Below the pieces are notes generated by a model. The model made no database searches. It had not been told where the DNA came from and saw nothing but the letters and a program-made list of their open reading frames with translations. A stretch of 64,000 bases of DNA from Ginglymostoma cirratum (lineage: Eukaryota): positions 49,128,746 to 49,192,745 of the forward strand of contig JAHRHZ010000249.1 in NCBI GenBank assembly GCA_024137785.1, given 5' to 3'. Positions 38,959-51,217 of the stretch are shown here, one piece after another (the stretch's first letter is position 1; every line of letters begins with the position of its first letter). Position numbers and translations under genes: made by a program.

Positions 38959-39357
38959 CTTTAAAGCCAGAGAACTTGGAGAGTTTCAGTTCATTTACCC
39001 TTCATAGTTACCTGCGAAAAGTTAGAGATTAAAAATCTACTCTAACTCCTGACAAACCAGTGTAGCTAGCCTGTATTATACCAAACCTAACACTATCATT
39101 CCCCAAATCATCTTCCCCTTCCTTTGCTGAACCTGATATCTCAGCACTGAACTCTATCACTGTTCCTGATAACTGATACCCCTGATCCCACTGGACCTTT
39201 CAAACAAACCTGCACTCCCCACAGCCCAGCCAACATCCCTCTTTGAGAACTGGCATTTCTCTCTTGCCAAAGCCCACATTTCCTCACATAACTTGATCTC
39301 AAGCATGCCCCCAACACAACCAAACATCATCTCCTACCCCAAGACAGCTCAAACCTA

Positions 39358-40618
39358 CAGATAGCAAGAACTGCAGATGCTGGAGTCAGAGAAAGCACAG
39401 TGCGGAGCTGGAGGGACACAGCAGGCCAGGCAGCATCAGAGGAACAGGAAAGCTGACATTTCGGGTCAGGACGCTTCTTCAGAAATTGGAGGAGCTCCGA
39501 AATAAATTGAGAGAGGAGGGGTGGGGCTGGGGAAGGTAGGTGGGATGGTGATAGGTGAGTACAGGTAGGGAGTGGTGGGGATTGGTCAGTGAGGTGGGAG
39601 GAGCATATAGGTAGGAGAGAAGATGGACAGGTTGTGTCAGGCCAAGGAGGTGGGGGTGAGAGGGAGGGTTGGTCATGGGATGAGGCCAGGGGTGGGGTGA
39701 TTTTAAAACTGGTTAATTCCATGTTTAGGCCATTGGGCTGTAGGCTCCCGAGGTGGAAAATGAGGTGCTGCTCCTGCAGTTTGCAGGTGGCGTCATTGTG
39801 ATGCTGGAGGAGGCCCAGGATGGACATGTCATCCAGGGAGTGGGAGGGGGCGTTGAAATGGTTCGCACCTGGAAGGTGTTGTCATTTGTCATGAACAGAG
39901 CACAGGTGCTCTACAAAGTGGTCAGCAAGCCTCCATTTGGTCACTCTGATGGAGAGGAGGCCACCTCGGGAGCAGCAAATGAAGTTGACCACATTGATGG
40001 ATGTGCAGGTGAACCTCTGTATGATGTGAATGGTTTGTTTGGTGCCTGGAATCGGGGTGACGGGGGAGGTGTAGGGGCAGGTGTCGCACTTCCTGCGGTT
40101 GCAGGGAAAGGTGCTAGGGGTGATGGGGCTAGTGGGGAGTGTGGAGCAGACGAGGGATTTGCAAAGAGAGCGATCCCAATGGAAGACAGATAGGAGTGGG
40201 GAGGGAAATATATCTTTTGTTGTGGGGTCAGATTGTAGGTGGTGGAAGTGGAGGAGAATGATACGTTGGATACGAAGGTTGGTGGGGTGATACGTGAGGA
40301 CAAGGGGATTCTGTCTTTATTTTTGTTAGGGGGAGGGGATGTGAAGACAGAGGTGCAGGAATCGCAAGATATGCGGTCGAGAGCATTTTCGACTACCGAA
40401 GTGGGGATGTTGCAGTGTTTGAAATATGAGGACATCTGGGATGTTCGGGAGTGGAACACCCATCTTGGGAACGGACACGGCGGAGGCAGAGGAATTGGGG
40501 GTAGGGGATTGCATTCTTGCAGGAGGATGGGTGAGAGGAGGTATATTCACAGAATCACGGAATCCCTCAAGGTAGCTGTGGGAATTGGTGGGCTTGAAAT
40601 AGATGTCCCACTCCCTGG
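39358..40618 (-). mobile_element. Penelope-like element: RT C-terminus, GIY-YIG endonuclease, 3' pLTR with hammerhead
   Basis: FHSRTSQMSSYF...ALDRIS...KNKDRIPL; GTFPCNRRKCDTCPY; FTCTSINVV.FICCSR; LQEQHLIFHLGSLQPNGLN; minus core CTGAAGA..GAAATGTC at 39455-39482; frameshifted. Confidence 0.88.
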
Positions 40619-41030
40619 GTGACATGTCTCCTCCAGTGTCACAATGACGCCACCCGGAAACTGGAGGAGCAGCACCTCACATTCCACCTTGGGAGCCTAC
40701 AGCCTGAGGGCCTAAATGTAGACCTTACCAGTTTCAAAATCTCCCCACCCCCGGCCTCATCCCATATCAACCCTCCTTCTCATCCCTGCCACCTTGACCT
40801 GACACAACTTGTCCATCTTCTCTCCCACCTATCCAGTCCTCCCACCTCACTGATCAATTCCTACCACTCCCTACCTGCACTCATCTATCACCATCCCACC
40901 TACTTTCCCCAGTCCCACCCCTCCTCTCTTTACTTAATTCGGAGCTCCCTTCCCCGTCCCCCATTTCTGAAGAAAGGTTCTGACCCGAAACGTCAACCTT
41001 CCTGCTCCTTTGATGTTGCCTGGCCAGCTC
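40619..41030 (+). mobile_element. Inverted pseudo-LTR of the Penelope-like element, with hammerhead
   Basis: Inverted copy of about 39420-39825 (KLEEQHLTFHLGSLQPEGLN); core CTGAAGA-aaggttctgaccc-GAAACGTC at 40967-40994. Confidence 0.85.
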
Positions 41031-41501
41031 AAACCTAGCTGTCAGACTGAGTGACCACCCCCAGCTCTCATCTACTTGTCTGGTACTCAATACCACCCAT
41101 CCACCTAACTCCCACACTTCACTTACATACTTACCCTCTCAATGTGGCTATCAAAATGGCTGACTGTACTGCTGGGCATTTAACCTCAGCCTACCATGCG
41201 CTAACTGCTATAAAAGAAGATGTTTGTTTTGATGACTGTCTGCTGGTGCTGATGTTTCCTGGACAGGTCTCAGTTATTTTGTAGCTGGATGAATTGCTTG
41301 GGCAGAACAAATCTAAAGGTTTCTTTTCTAAATCTGACCAGTGTTCAGAAATGGGGTTCCTAGCCTGGCTGGAATTTCTGGGTCACTGTTTCATTGTATC
41401 TGACTCCTGTGCTGCAGTAACTGCGGCACCCTGAATGCACACTGGCATAACAATTGTTGTGTAACACTTTCTGAATTATAAACTAACATGATATCATTTC
41501 T

Positions 41502-41722
41502 GAGATAGCAAGAACTGCAGATACTGGAGTCAGAGATAACACAGTGTAGAGCTGGAAGAACACAGCAGTCAGGCAGCATCAGAAGAGCAGGAAAGATGAT
41601 GTTTTGGCCCGGGACCCTTCTTCAGAAAATGCAAATTCTTTCTGAAGAAGGGTCCCAACCTGAAATGTCAGCTTTCCTGCTCCTCTGATGCTGCCTGGCC
41701 TGCTGTGTTCCTCCAGCTCGAC
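41502..41722. mobile_element. Fold-back mini-element with two opposed hammerhead-like motifs
   Basis: ...ggacccttcttcagaaa atgcaaattc tttctgaagaagggtcc...; ATGATATCATT repeated at 41488-41498 and 41736-41746. Confidence 0.8.
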
Positions 41723-41799
41723 AACTTTCTAATTTATGATATCATTCTTTTTTTTTTAAAGAAAATCTTCTATTTCAATATAACTGTATCAATCATAAT

Positions 41800-42700
41800 C
41801 CTTTTCTTTTCACATTCTTGGTATTTCTCATCCCTTTTCCACAGGAGAATGTCCTGGCTCACTTGAAGGCTAAAGGGTAGACTAAGGAATTACTATAAAA
41901 GAAAAGGATGTGTTGAATGGTGACGAGAAGATTGCTTGCCAAGTTTCACATTCCATTAGCTATTGCTGCAAGGAAGTTTGTTGAAAACCTTTGACTCTGC
42001 CAAGGCTGGCGTGATCGCTTCCAACATTGGACTAGGTTAGCAATTCCTCTTTGTTGCTCGATCAAGCTCTTTCGAGTCCTGGCTAATTCCTAGCTGCCCA
42101 TTTAGCTTTTCTCTCACCATGATGGAATTTAACCAATCTATAGGCTCTGTGCTTCCGGCAATCAATTTCGTTTCTTTCATCTCTTGAAGCTCTCTTTCAA
42201 GCTTTCCTTTCAGCTTTGTTAATACTTTACACAGGGATGGATCACTGATTTCTTCACTGTTTCAACCATGCTGTGATACTCAAAATCTTCAAAGCACCCA
42301 ATAGTTTAGTGGATAAACCCCTGGATAAACCGGCACTAGATCTCCCTGATGCTGAATAGAGATTACTTTTAATTAGCCATACCCATTTTCTATTGTATAC
42401 TTGGTCTGGTTATGTTGTGAAATAATGTTTGCAGAATCAGCTGAGCTTACTGAAACACTAACTTCATTTAATAAACATTTTACTATGGTTTCATCTTGCT
42501 ATGGGACTTCAAGGAAGACATGCATCTCTTGATAATGCACACTGTGTTTCATGAACATATCACACAGTCAGACCTAAGCCCTGTACTATATTTCTCCTCA
42601 AGTCTATGATTTTACCCATTATACTACATCTCTGACCAAATTCCTGACTTCAATTTTATTTTTTAGGGAAAAGCACTGGTGGTTTCATTAGACATTCAAG
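41800..42700 (-). mobile_element. Second decayed Gypsy (Mag-like) RT relic
   Basis: Minus strand reads EPIDWLNSIMVREKLNGQLGISQDSKELDRATKR.C*PSPMLEAITPALAESKVFNKL, then TIQH/FNT and LPFSL..SQD. Confidence 0.75.
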
Positions 42701-42849
42701 TTAAACATGTTCTCGGCATCAGAGAAGAATTAATCCACAATGTGGTCCCTTAGACTGTGCTGGAAAGAAGGAAAATTGATGGATGACATTCAGCAGTCAG
42801 GTTGGCATCTTGTTCTCTCAATGAACACTGCATTTCTGGTCTTCCTGAT

Positions 42850-43720
42850 AGTTGAGAATGAGTTTCACTGAGAAGATTGTTTATGTACATAGGTTAGAGC
42901 ACATTTGTTTGATTTAATGAGGTAGACCCATGCCAAGTACCTGGGTTCAGGACATCTACTCAGGACTTGAGAGGAACTTATAGTGAGAGTGTGAGAATCT
43001 AGTCATCATGGGTCATGCAGGTACCAATGACATAGTAAGGATAAAAAAGGGAGTTCTACATATTCTGTATGACGAGCTTTGTGCCAAATTAAGAAGTAGA
43101 CCATCAAAGATCAGAATATCTGCATCATTACCTGTGCAATGTACAAACTGAATAAGAAAACTGATTAGAGGGACGGATGCATGACCCATGATTGCTGTGG
43201 GAGAAGTAAGCTTGGGTTATGGAGCACTGCCACTTGTACTGGGGAAAGTGGGATCTGTACCAATGGGACACTCTCCACTTCAAACCAGCTGGAGCCTGCA
43301 TTCATGTAAATCACTTAACAAGGGAAATAGAGAGGATTTTAAGATAGTAAGAAAAGGAATCTAACGTAGGAAGATGTAGAGAATTAAAGAATAGAGTCAA
43401 GCCAAGACAGAAAGATATGGAAAAATATAGTAAATGATAAACAGCTAAGTGAAAAGACTATATATTACAAATAGAATAATGAGATAAAAGTAAAGCCTCT
43501 GTATCTCAATGAACACTACATTCAAAGAAAGACACATGAACTGAGAGCACAAATAGAAATGATTAGGTATGATATGGTCGCCATTATAGAGACATGGATT
43601 GGGACCTGAATCGTGAAGGAGACTGAGAATTTAACAAGAGCAGGGGTAAGGATAAAGGAAGGCGCCATAGGAGCTTGTTTGAAATGTATGATAATAATCG
43701 TGGGAGATTTAAATCTACTG
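42850..43720 (+). mobile_element. CR1 ORF1 esterase and start of ORF2, decayed
   Basis: LERNL..ESV..LVIMGHAGTNDIV, CHLYWGKWDLYQWDTLHF, LKPLYLN.H.IQRK.HELRAQI....YDMVAI.ETW motifs. Confidence 0.7.
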
Positions 43721-44373
43721 TCTGTTCTCTGCGCTATTGGATTTGGTGACGAGATGATGTGATAGGTGTTGAGGAGTTGGGGAAATGGGACCAGTCTTCT
43801 GAGGAGGTCAAGGATATTATGGAGGAGGAAATCTCCTTGTGCATGAGAAAGGTCAGCTGTGTTGGGTGCTGCAAGCTAAACAGAGAATGAGGTTGTCTGT
43901 GTGAGGGATTGTCAGCATGCCGATCGTGTGCCATGAGTAGTGTGGATTTGTGACTGCTCTGCCATTAAGTTGCTGATGGGTCCAATGCCACATTGCCAAT
44001 GCTTATCTGGATGCCCAGTAATCTACTAAAGATGGCACAAGGGATGCCAGACTTTCAGATATCTGCCGAGTGGTGAGTTCATCTGCTGGTGAAATGGACT
44101 AGAATTAGATGAAATCAGAGGTGGGTAGATTCTTGGTAAGAAAGGAGTAGAAAGGTTATTAAACACAACAAGAATTTGAATTTGGAGTTATAATCAGATA
44201 AGCTGCAATCTTATCAAATTGCGGAGCAGACTTGAGGGGCTGAATGCCTTACTCCTGCTCCTTGTTCATTCATTTGTTAAAAATTTTGAGCAGAAGACAG
44301 GTCCCAATTACACAGGATGGTGTATGTAATTTTGTTGCTGTTTCACTGCTGCCTTTCTTTTGACTTAAGTGTA

Positions 44374-44725
44374 GGGGAGGCAGTAACATTGTAGTAATGG
44401 ACATGTTATCCAGATCCTACAGGTTAGTGTTCCAGGGATATGGGTTTGAATCCCACCATGATAGATGGCGAAATTTGCATTGAATTAAATCTGGGGTCAC
44501 CAGTAATGGTGAGTATGAAAACATTGGCGATTGTCATAAAAATCCATCTGATTTTGGTAAGGAAATCTGGTCTCCTTGCCTGCTCTAGCAATGCGGTTGA
44601 CTCAATGACTCATTGTAGTTGACTCTTACCCATTGTCTGGAATAAGCCAGCAAGCCAATCAGTTTGAAGGCAATTAAGGATGAACATGAAATGCTGCTGT
44701 AATTGGCAATGTTCATATCCCGCAA
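44374..44725 (+). mobile_element. Older copy of the tRNA-SINE with family-2 tail
   Basis: ggggaggcagtaacattgtag head, gggtttgaatccc B box, aaggcaattaaggatgaa tail. Confidence 0.7.
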
Positions 44726-44987
44726 ATCTGCAAAAACAATTAGACACAATGTAAGTTGCTGTTGTTAAACTCTACCTGAATAACATTTCCCTGTCTCATT
44801 CTAATCTTTCCTGAGTGGATGTTAAATTCTAGAATTATTTTGTTCTATTAGATTGATGTTAACAATGGATGTAGTTGTAACTGCTAATATGTATTTCGGA
44901 AATGACCCTGTGCGGATCTAGTGCAGAGAACATTGTTGGCAAATTAAATTTCATTCATCTCAAGCAGAGTGCCAAAAGGTAAAAAAG

Positions 44988-45001
44988 CTGTCAATAAATC
45001 A
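44988..45001 (-). promoter_or_regulatory. Composite Pbx-Hox and Meis motif
   Basis: Minus strand TGATTTATTGACAG = TGATNNATKR directly fused to TGACAG, in unique AT-rich DNA. Confidence 0.3.
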
Positions 45002-48000
45002 ACTTGCGCCATTCAGTAATGATATAAATCCTATGGTCTTCATAATATTTCATTAGCAGTGTTGGGGTTAATGTTTTAATATTCTGTTACGCGGAAATGA
45101 CCAAGTTAGAATTACAGGCATATATGGTCTTTCTAAAAGCTGTAGCATTTTATAATTGCACATTTTATAATATAATTATATGATTGGATCACACAATATT
45201 ATAGAGCAGAAGAAGGCCATTTGACCCATCTTGTTTATACCAAGCCTTTCAAAATAAAGTATTGTGTTTATCTAACATGCTTTTGAATATTATGACTGAG
45301 GTTACTTTCTCCTTATCAGACAATACATTCCAGACCTGGCCGCACAAAAGAAATTCTCCTCATTCTTTACTGGATTTTTGTTGAATTATTTTGTGTCTGG
45401 TATTCTTTAGTTAACAGTATTCCCACCAGTGGAATTTATCCTTATCAAATCCACTTACTATTTTGAGGGCTGCATTAAATTTCCAGTTGAGAATAATCCC
45501 ACATTCTCGACTCCCTATTTTAACTGAAATCTCTCAACTCTGGTACTATTCCAGTAAATTTCCTCCGCAGCCTCTCCATTTGCTAACTCAAACATATTAG
45601 CACCATTTGGAACTACTTGTAAAGCACCCTGGACAGAGTACAGCAATTAGGGGGCATAAAGTATATGCAGATTAATACTGACATAGGCCTTTGATGATAG
45701 ATTCTATTCAATCACACCATGTAATACAACACTGATTTTATTTGGGCTCATTCCACATTCTACATCATTAGATTATTTGTCAGGACTGGGACAGAATGTT
45801 TTAAATGGGTATCCTAAATTTGGGGATTGGGAGTCAACGTACTTTGTTAAAGACACAAATCATAGCTGACCAGGGGTTGGCGGCAGAATGATCCATAATG
45901 TTTATGAAATGTGGAGCTCAAAAGCCTGCCCTGCAGGACATCATCGATGGTGGCATTGTTATATATGAAAGTTTCAGAGCAGCTGGGCCTTATGTGATGT
46001 TATGGAAGTGAACATTTTGAAAATATGGGCTGAATTTAATGCCTGTGACATTGTCTCCATCCACCAGCCAGAAAGCCAGAGGCAACTCATTTGTCACCAT
46101 TTCATGAAGCTTTGATTCAAGGCTTTGACCATCAAATCTTTGTTGATTGTCTGATTTTGCTATTTCCACCCCTTTAAGCATGGAAATCTTACCTCCATGA
46201 GGTGCCACTGACCATTCAGAAAGATAGCATCTCTTCAGATGCAGCAGTACCAAAGCAGGTTTGCAGTAGGCCAGGGACAGTTACAGCAGAGGAGGCTGAA
46301 GAATGGAGGGAAAGGTGTCATGGTTATCAAAGCTGGGCTGGAGGCATCCCCCCCTCCCCCGTGGAAGATTGTGGATCATCATTGAGGAAAGGAAGAGGTT
46401 ATTAGAATAGGTGGCCTGAGCCACTTGGGTTGGAGGAGGCCTTCCAGATATCAAGTCAGGAGGGTACTCTGGTAGACTATCATTGCCAATCAGATGGTCT
46501 GAAAGGCCTAAATTAAAGGCACTTTAGGCATATTCCATCATACTTCTGACATGTGCCTTTAGGGAGTCAGGAGGAGAATTGCACGCTATGGTATTCCTAG
46601 CCTATGGTTTGCTTAAGACAAGTGCTCAGAAAGTACATGCTCAAGCCCTGCCTGTCACTGCGGGAGGAGACTGTTTGGTGATAAGATGTAAAAACACACA
46701 GGGCAAATGTTCTTGAATGCTTCTTTTATCTTTGGTCACAAGCCCCCATCTTTTCATTAATGCCCATTTACGCAATGTCTATCCATCCCTTTAAGAACTG
46801 CTTTAAATATTAAATTTGCTATCCTTTAATAGAAACCAGGATAAATTCCCATCTTAAATACTGAATTGCAAGCTGCAAGAATCATTGTCTTCTGATTCTC
46901 GTCCTCTAACTTTGGGTATCACAGCCTGAAATGCTGATACGATGTATATAATGCCATTCAATAAGTCCCTGAAGAACACACACCTTTAAGGCATTCAGTG
47001 CCGAGCTGTCCAAATCCATTCTGTGCCCTCGCTCCATAGCATTCATGTCATTGCTGTGTCTGTTCTACGGATACTGGAAATAAAGCCACTGAAGGAAAGC
47101 AAAAGCCTCTTTATCTCTGTACTATCTCTATTACCTTACAAACATGAGTTTTATCAACTATGTTCTGGATATACTATTCACCTCTGAAACAATCACCTGC
47201 TTTCTAGCTTTTTGTTCAACTACTCAACCTTGACTTTCTATGATCTATGATCTGTCTCCCTGGAAGAACATTTAATTGATTCCTGGAATGCATTCTCCAA
47301 TGCCTGTCTGAGACCTTTGTTTTCCTTCTAATCCTATTTCAACAATTGGTTTAACCTCCTGCAATTATAAAGTCATAATGTTGTGTTACTGTAACACCAC
47401 TGATGAATGTGTCACTTCCCTTGCTAAATTCTGCACTGTTTTTAGTTTCTCATTCTCCTCTTTCACCCCTCAACAGTGCACTTCACCCCCTTCTACACAA
47501 TAATAAGATGCATGTGGAATCACCCTTGTCTGTTCTAATTTATCCTTGGTCCAACTGTTTCTGAATAAACTGCATTACTTACGCTAAGGGTTCTCAAGTC
47601 TACTTCCTTTAGCGTTTCGTTATGTAATCCTTGGATCTCTCTGTGTCTGCTTTGCTAATTCTTCTAATTTAGGATATCCATTATCCATGCCGGATTGCAC
47701 CTACCATCAGTTCTAATTAACCATGTCAACTCATCTTAATGATGTCTAGGTCCATGAAATGTCCAGTGTCTAAGCTTTTACATTACTATCACACAAACTG
47801 GTTTAACTTGCTGTTTTCCATGCCTCATCCCTGAGCGAAGGCTGATGATCAGGCAAAACTCAAAACAAAACTATCTTTTTTTTATTTTTCAACTTGCCCT
47901 TGAAGAAACTGTCCCTTTTATTTCTCATCCTGTTGTGTTTTCTTCTGACTTGTGAGATTTAGACTATATGCTATATTCCAGAGTAAGAAATATTTTGCCA

Positions 48001-48229
48001 ACGAGTAACCATATTGGCAAAAAGGAAAAATCCCTAATTTTAGATTGCAAACTAACAAGATACTAAAGTTTGGTAATTTAGGTTTCATGAGTCAAGGCGT
48101 GGCATACTGCCTAAGTTCAACATATGTTTTGCCTTTCTTGTGAGTTCTTGTAGTCAAGGGGACATCTCTTCTTGGTTCCTTGTATCTAATCTCTCAGCCA
48201 ATTCAAATCTAACATAGAAACAGAATCAA

Positions 48230-49320
48230 AAATCATAGAAGCCTACAGCACAGAAAAAGGCCGTTGAGTCCATCAAGTATACCTCAGTCAAAAAGAAACC
48301 CTGAACCATTTTGATCCCATTTTCCAGCACTTGGCTCACACTCTTGTGTGTCTTGGCATTGCAAGTGTACATTTAAATATTTCTTAAATGTTATGAGGGT
48401 TTCTACCTCTGCCACCCTTTCAGACTGTGAGTTCCAGATTCCAGATTTGTCCTCACGTCCCTTCCAAACCTGTTGCCCATTACCTTAAATCTAAGCCCCT
48501 TGTCATTAAACCCTCACTAACAGAAAAAGTTCCTTTCTGTCGATATTTATCCATGTCCCGATCTATGTCCCTCATAATTTTATACACCTCAATCATGTCC
48601 TCCCTCGCCTCATCTCCATTGCTCCAAGGAAAACAGCACCAGTCTATCCAAACTCTCTGCTAAATCTTCACTGCTCCCCCTCCAGTGTGATTACATCCCT
48701 CCTATAATGTGGATTCCAGAACTGCACAGAATACAATCTAACAATTTACACAGTTCCAGAATAACCTCCCTATTCTTAAACTCTATGCCTCTATCAAGAA
48801 AGGGAATAGCCCATATGCCTTCTGAACCACTAGATCTACCTGTCCCACGACCTTAAGGGACCAGTGGACGTACACACCAAAGTCTCTTTGATCCCGGTGC
48901 TTCCCAGGATCCTTCCATTCATCAGATATTTTCTTGCCTTGTTTGTCCTGGTCAAGTGCGTCACCTCGCACTTATCTGGATTTACCTCCATGCATCACTA
49001 ATCAGCCCATCTGACAAGCCCATCTATCTCACTTATTGTGATCTAATGCTATCCACCTATTAACTGTGCAATCAATTTTCATATAATATATGAATTAACT
49101 GATCAACCCCCCTACATTCAAGTCTACATCATTGACAAATATCACAAATAGCAAAAGCCCCATCACTGATCCCTGTGGCAGCCCACTAGAAATCGGCTTC
49201 TAGTCACAAAAACACCATGACTCTCTGCTTCCTGATACGAACCAATTCTGGGTCCAATTAGCCAAAATTCCTTGGATCACATGGTCTCTTGCATTTGCTA
49301 TCAGTCTCGATGTGGGATTT
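48230..49320 (-). mobile_element. CR1 LINE RT to 3' end
   Basis: QRDFGVYVHWSLKVVGQVD.VVQKAYG; LPQGSVMG region; ctgtgctgtaggcttctatga tail. Confidence 0.8.
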
Positions 49321-49324
49321 TAAA

Positions 49325-49683
49325 CCAAAAGGGGCAGTCACGTTACAGGAGTTGTATAATGGACTCGCTAACAGTCAGATAGAAATAGAAAAGCAGATAC
49401 GGTGACAAATTTCAGAGAAGTGTAGAAGTAACAGGCTGGTGGTAGTGGGATATTTAAATTTCTCAAATATTAATTTGAGTAGTCATAGTGTGAGAAATTT
49501 AGATGAAGCTGAATTTGTAATGCATTTAGGAGAGCTTTTCAAATACGTATGTAGAAGGTCCTATAAGAGAGGGGGTAGTTCTGGGCTTCATTTTAGGTCA
49601 GGAAGACAAGTAAATGGTTGAAGTATCAATGGGAGAGCATTTTGCAAACAGCGATCATAACTCCATCAGACTCACAATTGTTG
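49325..49683 (+). mobile_element. CR1 APE fragment
   Basis: NRLVVVGYLNFSNIN...LDEAEFV; GEHFANSDHNSI. Confidence 0.7.
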
Positions 49684-49717
49684 TAAGAACCCAATATTAC
49701 AGACCAGAATCTCAATT

Positions 49718-49821
49718 CAGAAATATAAATAGAAATTGCTGGAAAAGCTCAGCACGTCTGGCAGCATCTATGGAGAAAAATAAGACTTAATGTTTCGGGT
49801 CGATTGACCCTTTATCAGAAC
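49718..49821 (-). mobile_element. Penelope-derived mini-element with hammerhead-like motif
   Basis: Minus strand CTGATAA-a-GGGTC aatc GACCC-GAAACATT followed by the family arm. Confidence 0.7.
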
Positions 49822-49963
49822 TTGTTATTGAAAAGGGCAAGGATGGGCCTGAATCAAAAATGCAATCATCTTTACATCTTTAGGACATTAACCATAGCGG
49901 ATCCTTCTCCCATTCACAATTACACAATCCACCTTAGCTGTTGAAATTTCCATTCTGCCTTAC

Positions 49964-50047
49964 CTGCTGAAGCTGCAAACGTCAAAGCTGCCTGCTGAGA
50001 ATCCCTCTTCTGGTTAAAAGAGATTTCAAACCAAGACCGGAGCTTTC
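49964..50047 (-). other. Candidate 84-nt exon (phase 1-1)
   Basis: ttattttag| ... CAG|GTAAGG; single open frame GKLRSWFEISFNQKRDSQQAALTFAASA; no homolog recognised, and it may lie within an LTR-like repeat. Confidence 0.3.
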
Positions 50048-50831
50048 CTAAAATAACTATGATTGTAGTTCAATACTGATTCTCCCAAGCTAGATTATCA
50101 CTGACTGAAGGATTCTTCAGGGGCTAAGCAGCTCTACGTTTTCTATTCATTCACCGTTAAGACCATTACTTTAGCCCTGGCAATCCTGCTTGTATTAGAT
50201 TCACTGAACTCTAATACTGGATTCTTCCATCAATTCTTAATCCTGTGACAATTGCTTTAGTCACTAACTAGGGTTAATAATCAACTTTTATAACAACCCC
50301 TTCCATGAAATTTAGTTATTGACTAGCAATGTCTGATGCAAATACTAATTTCCAAACAAGTGCCTTGCTCCTGATAAGCATACCTCAGCATGTGTCCCTT
50401 GACAGATGTAGAGTCTTCAGTGATGCAGAGCTATTTTTATATCCTTTCTGCAGGTAGTTTTGCAACATTTAGCCTCAGTATGTGTACCTGGGTGAAGACA
50501 ACTAGTGATTGATTGATTTATTGTTTAATTCATTGATTTATTGTTGTCACATGTACAAAGGTACAGAGAAAAGTGTTGTTTTGCATGCTATACAGGCAGA
50601 TTGTACCTTAATCTGTATTCTCAAATTGGAGGTTCTCAGAATATTCAAATCATTCCTCCCACCAATCAGCTTTGCAACCTCGGTATTTTTTGCCAGACCT
50701 ACTGATTTTCTCCAACACTTTCTGTTTTTATTTCAGATTTCCAGCATCTGAAGTATTTTGCTTTTATTATATTGCAGTGAAAGGTTATCCAGGGCATGCA
50801 AGGACATGGAGTAATTAGATCAGCCATGATC

Positions 50832-51217
50832 TTTTTTTTAAATTCATTCACACGATGTGGCATTACTGGCTAGGCTAGTATTTTTATGTGCGTCCCTGAT
50901 TGCCTAGAGGGCATTTCAGAGTCAACCACGTTGTTGTGGGTTTGGGGAGACCACTCCAGGTGAGGAAGGCAGATTGTGTTCCTAAAGGACATTAGTGAAC
51001 CGGATGAGATTTCCCTGACAATCAACAATGGTTTCACGGTCAGCATTTGACTTTCACGGTCAGCATTCGACTTTCACTTCAAGATTTGTTTCATTTTTCT
51101 TCTTGAATTCAAATTGCACTGTCTGCCATGGCAAGATTCAAGCCCAGGTTGCCAAAACATTACTTGAGTCTCCAGATTAATAGTCCAGTGATAATACCAC
51201 TAGGCCATCGCCTCTCC
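50832..51217 (-). mobile_element. tRNA-SINE with family-2 tail; internal 20-bp tandem duplication
   Basis: Reverse complement of the 58178-58520 family; tttcacggtcagcattygac repeated twice at about 51032-51071. Confidence 0.8.

Noticed and set aside
39589-40622. Gly-rich plus-strand ORFs
   Set aside because: Antisense of the Penelope-like coding strand
45860-46500. GC-richer patches here and at 34800-35500 and 43720-44100, possibly Harbinger relics
   Set aside because: Too decayed to show diagnostic transposase or Myb/SANT motifs by eye
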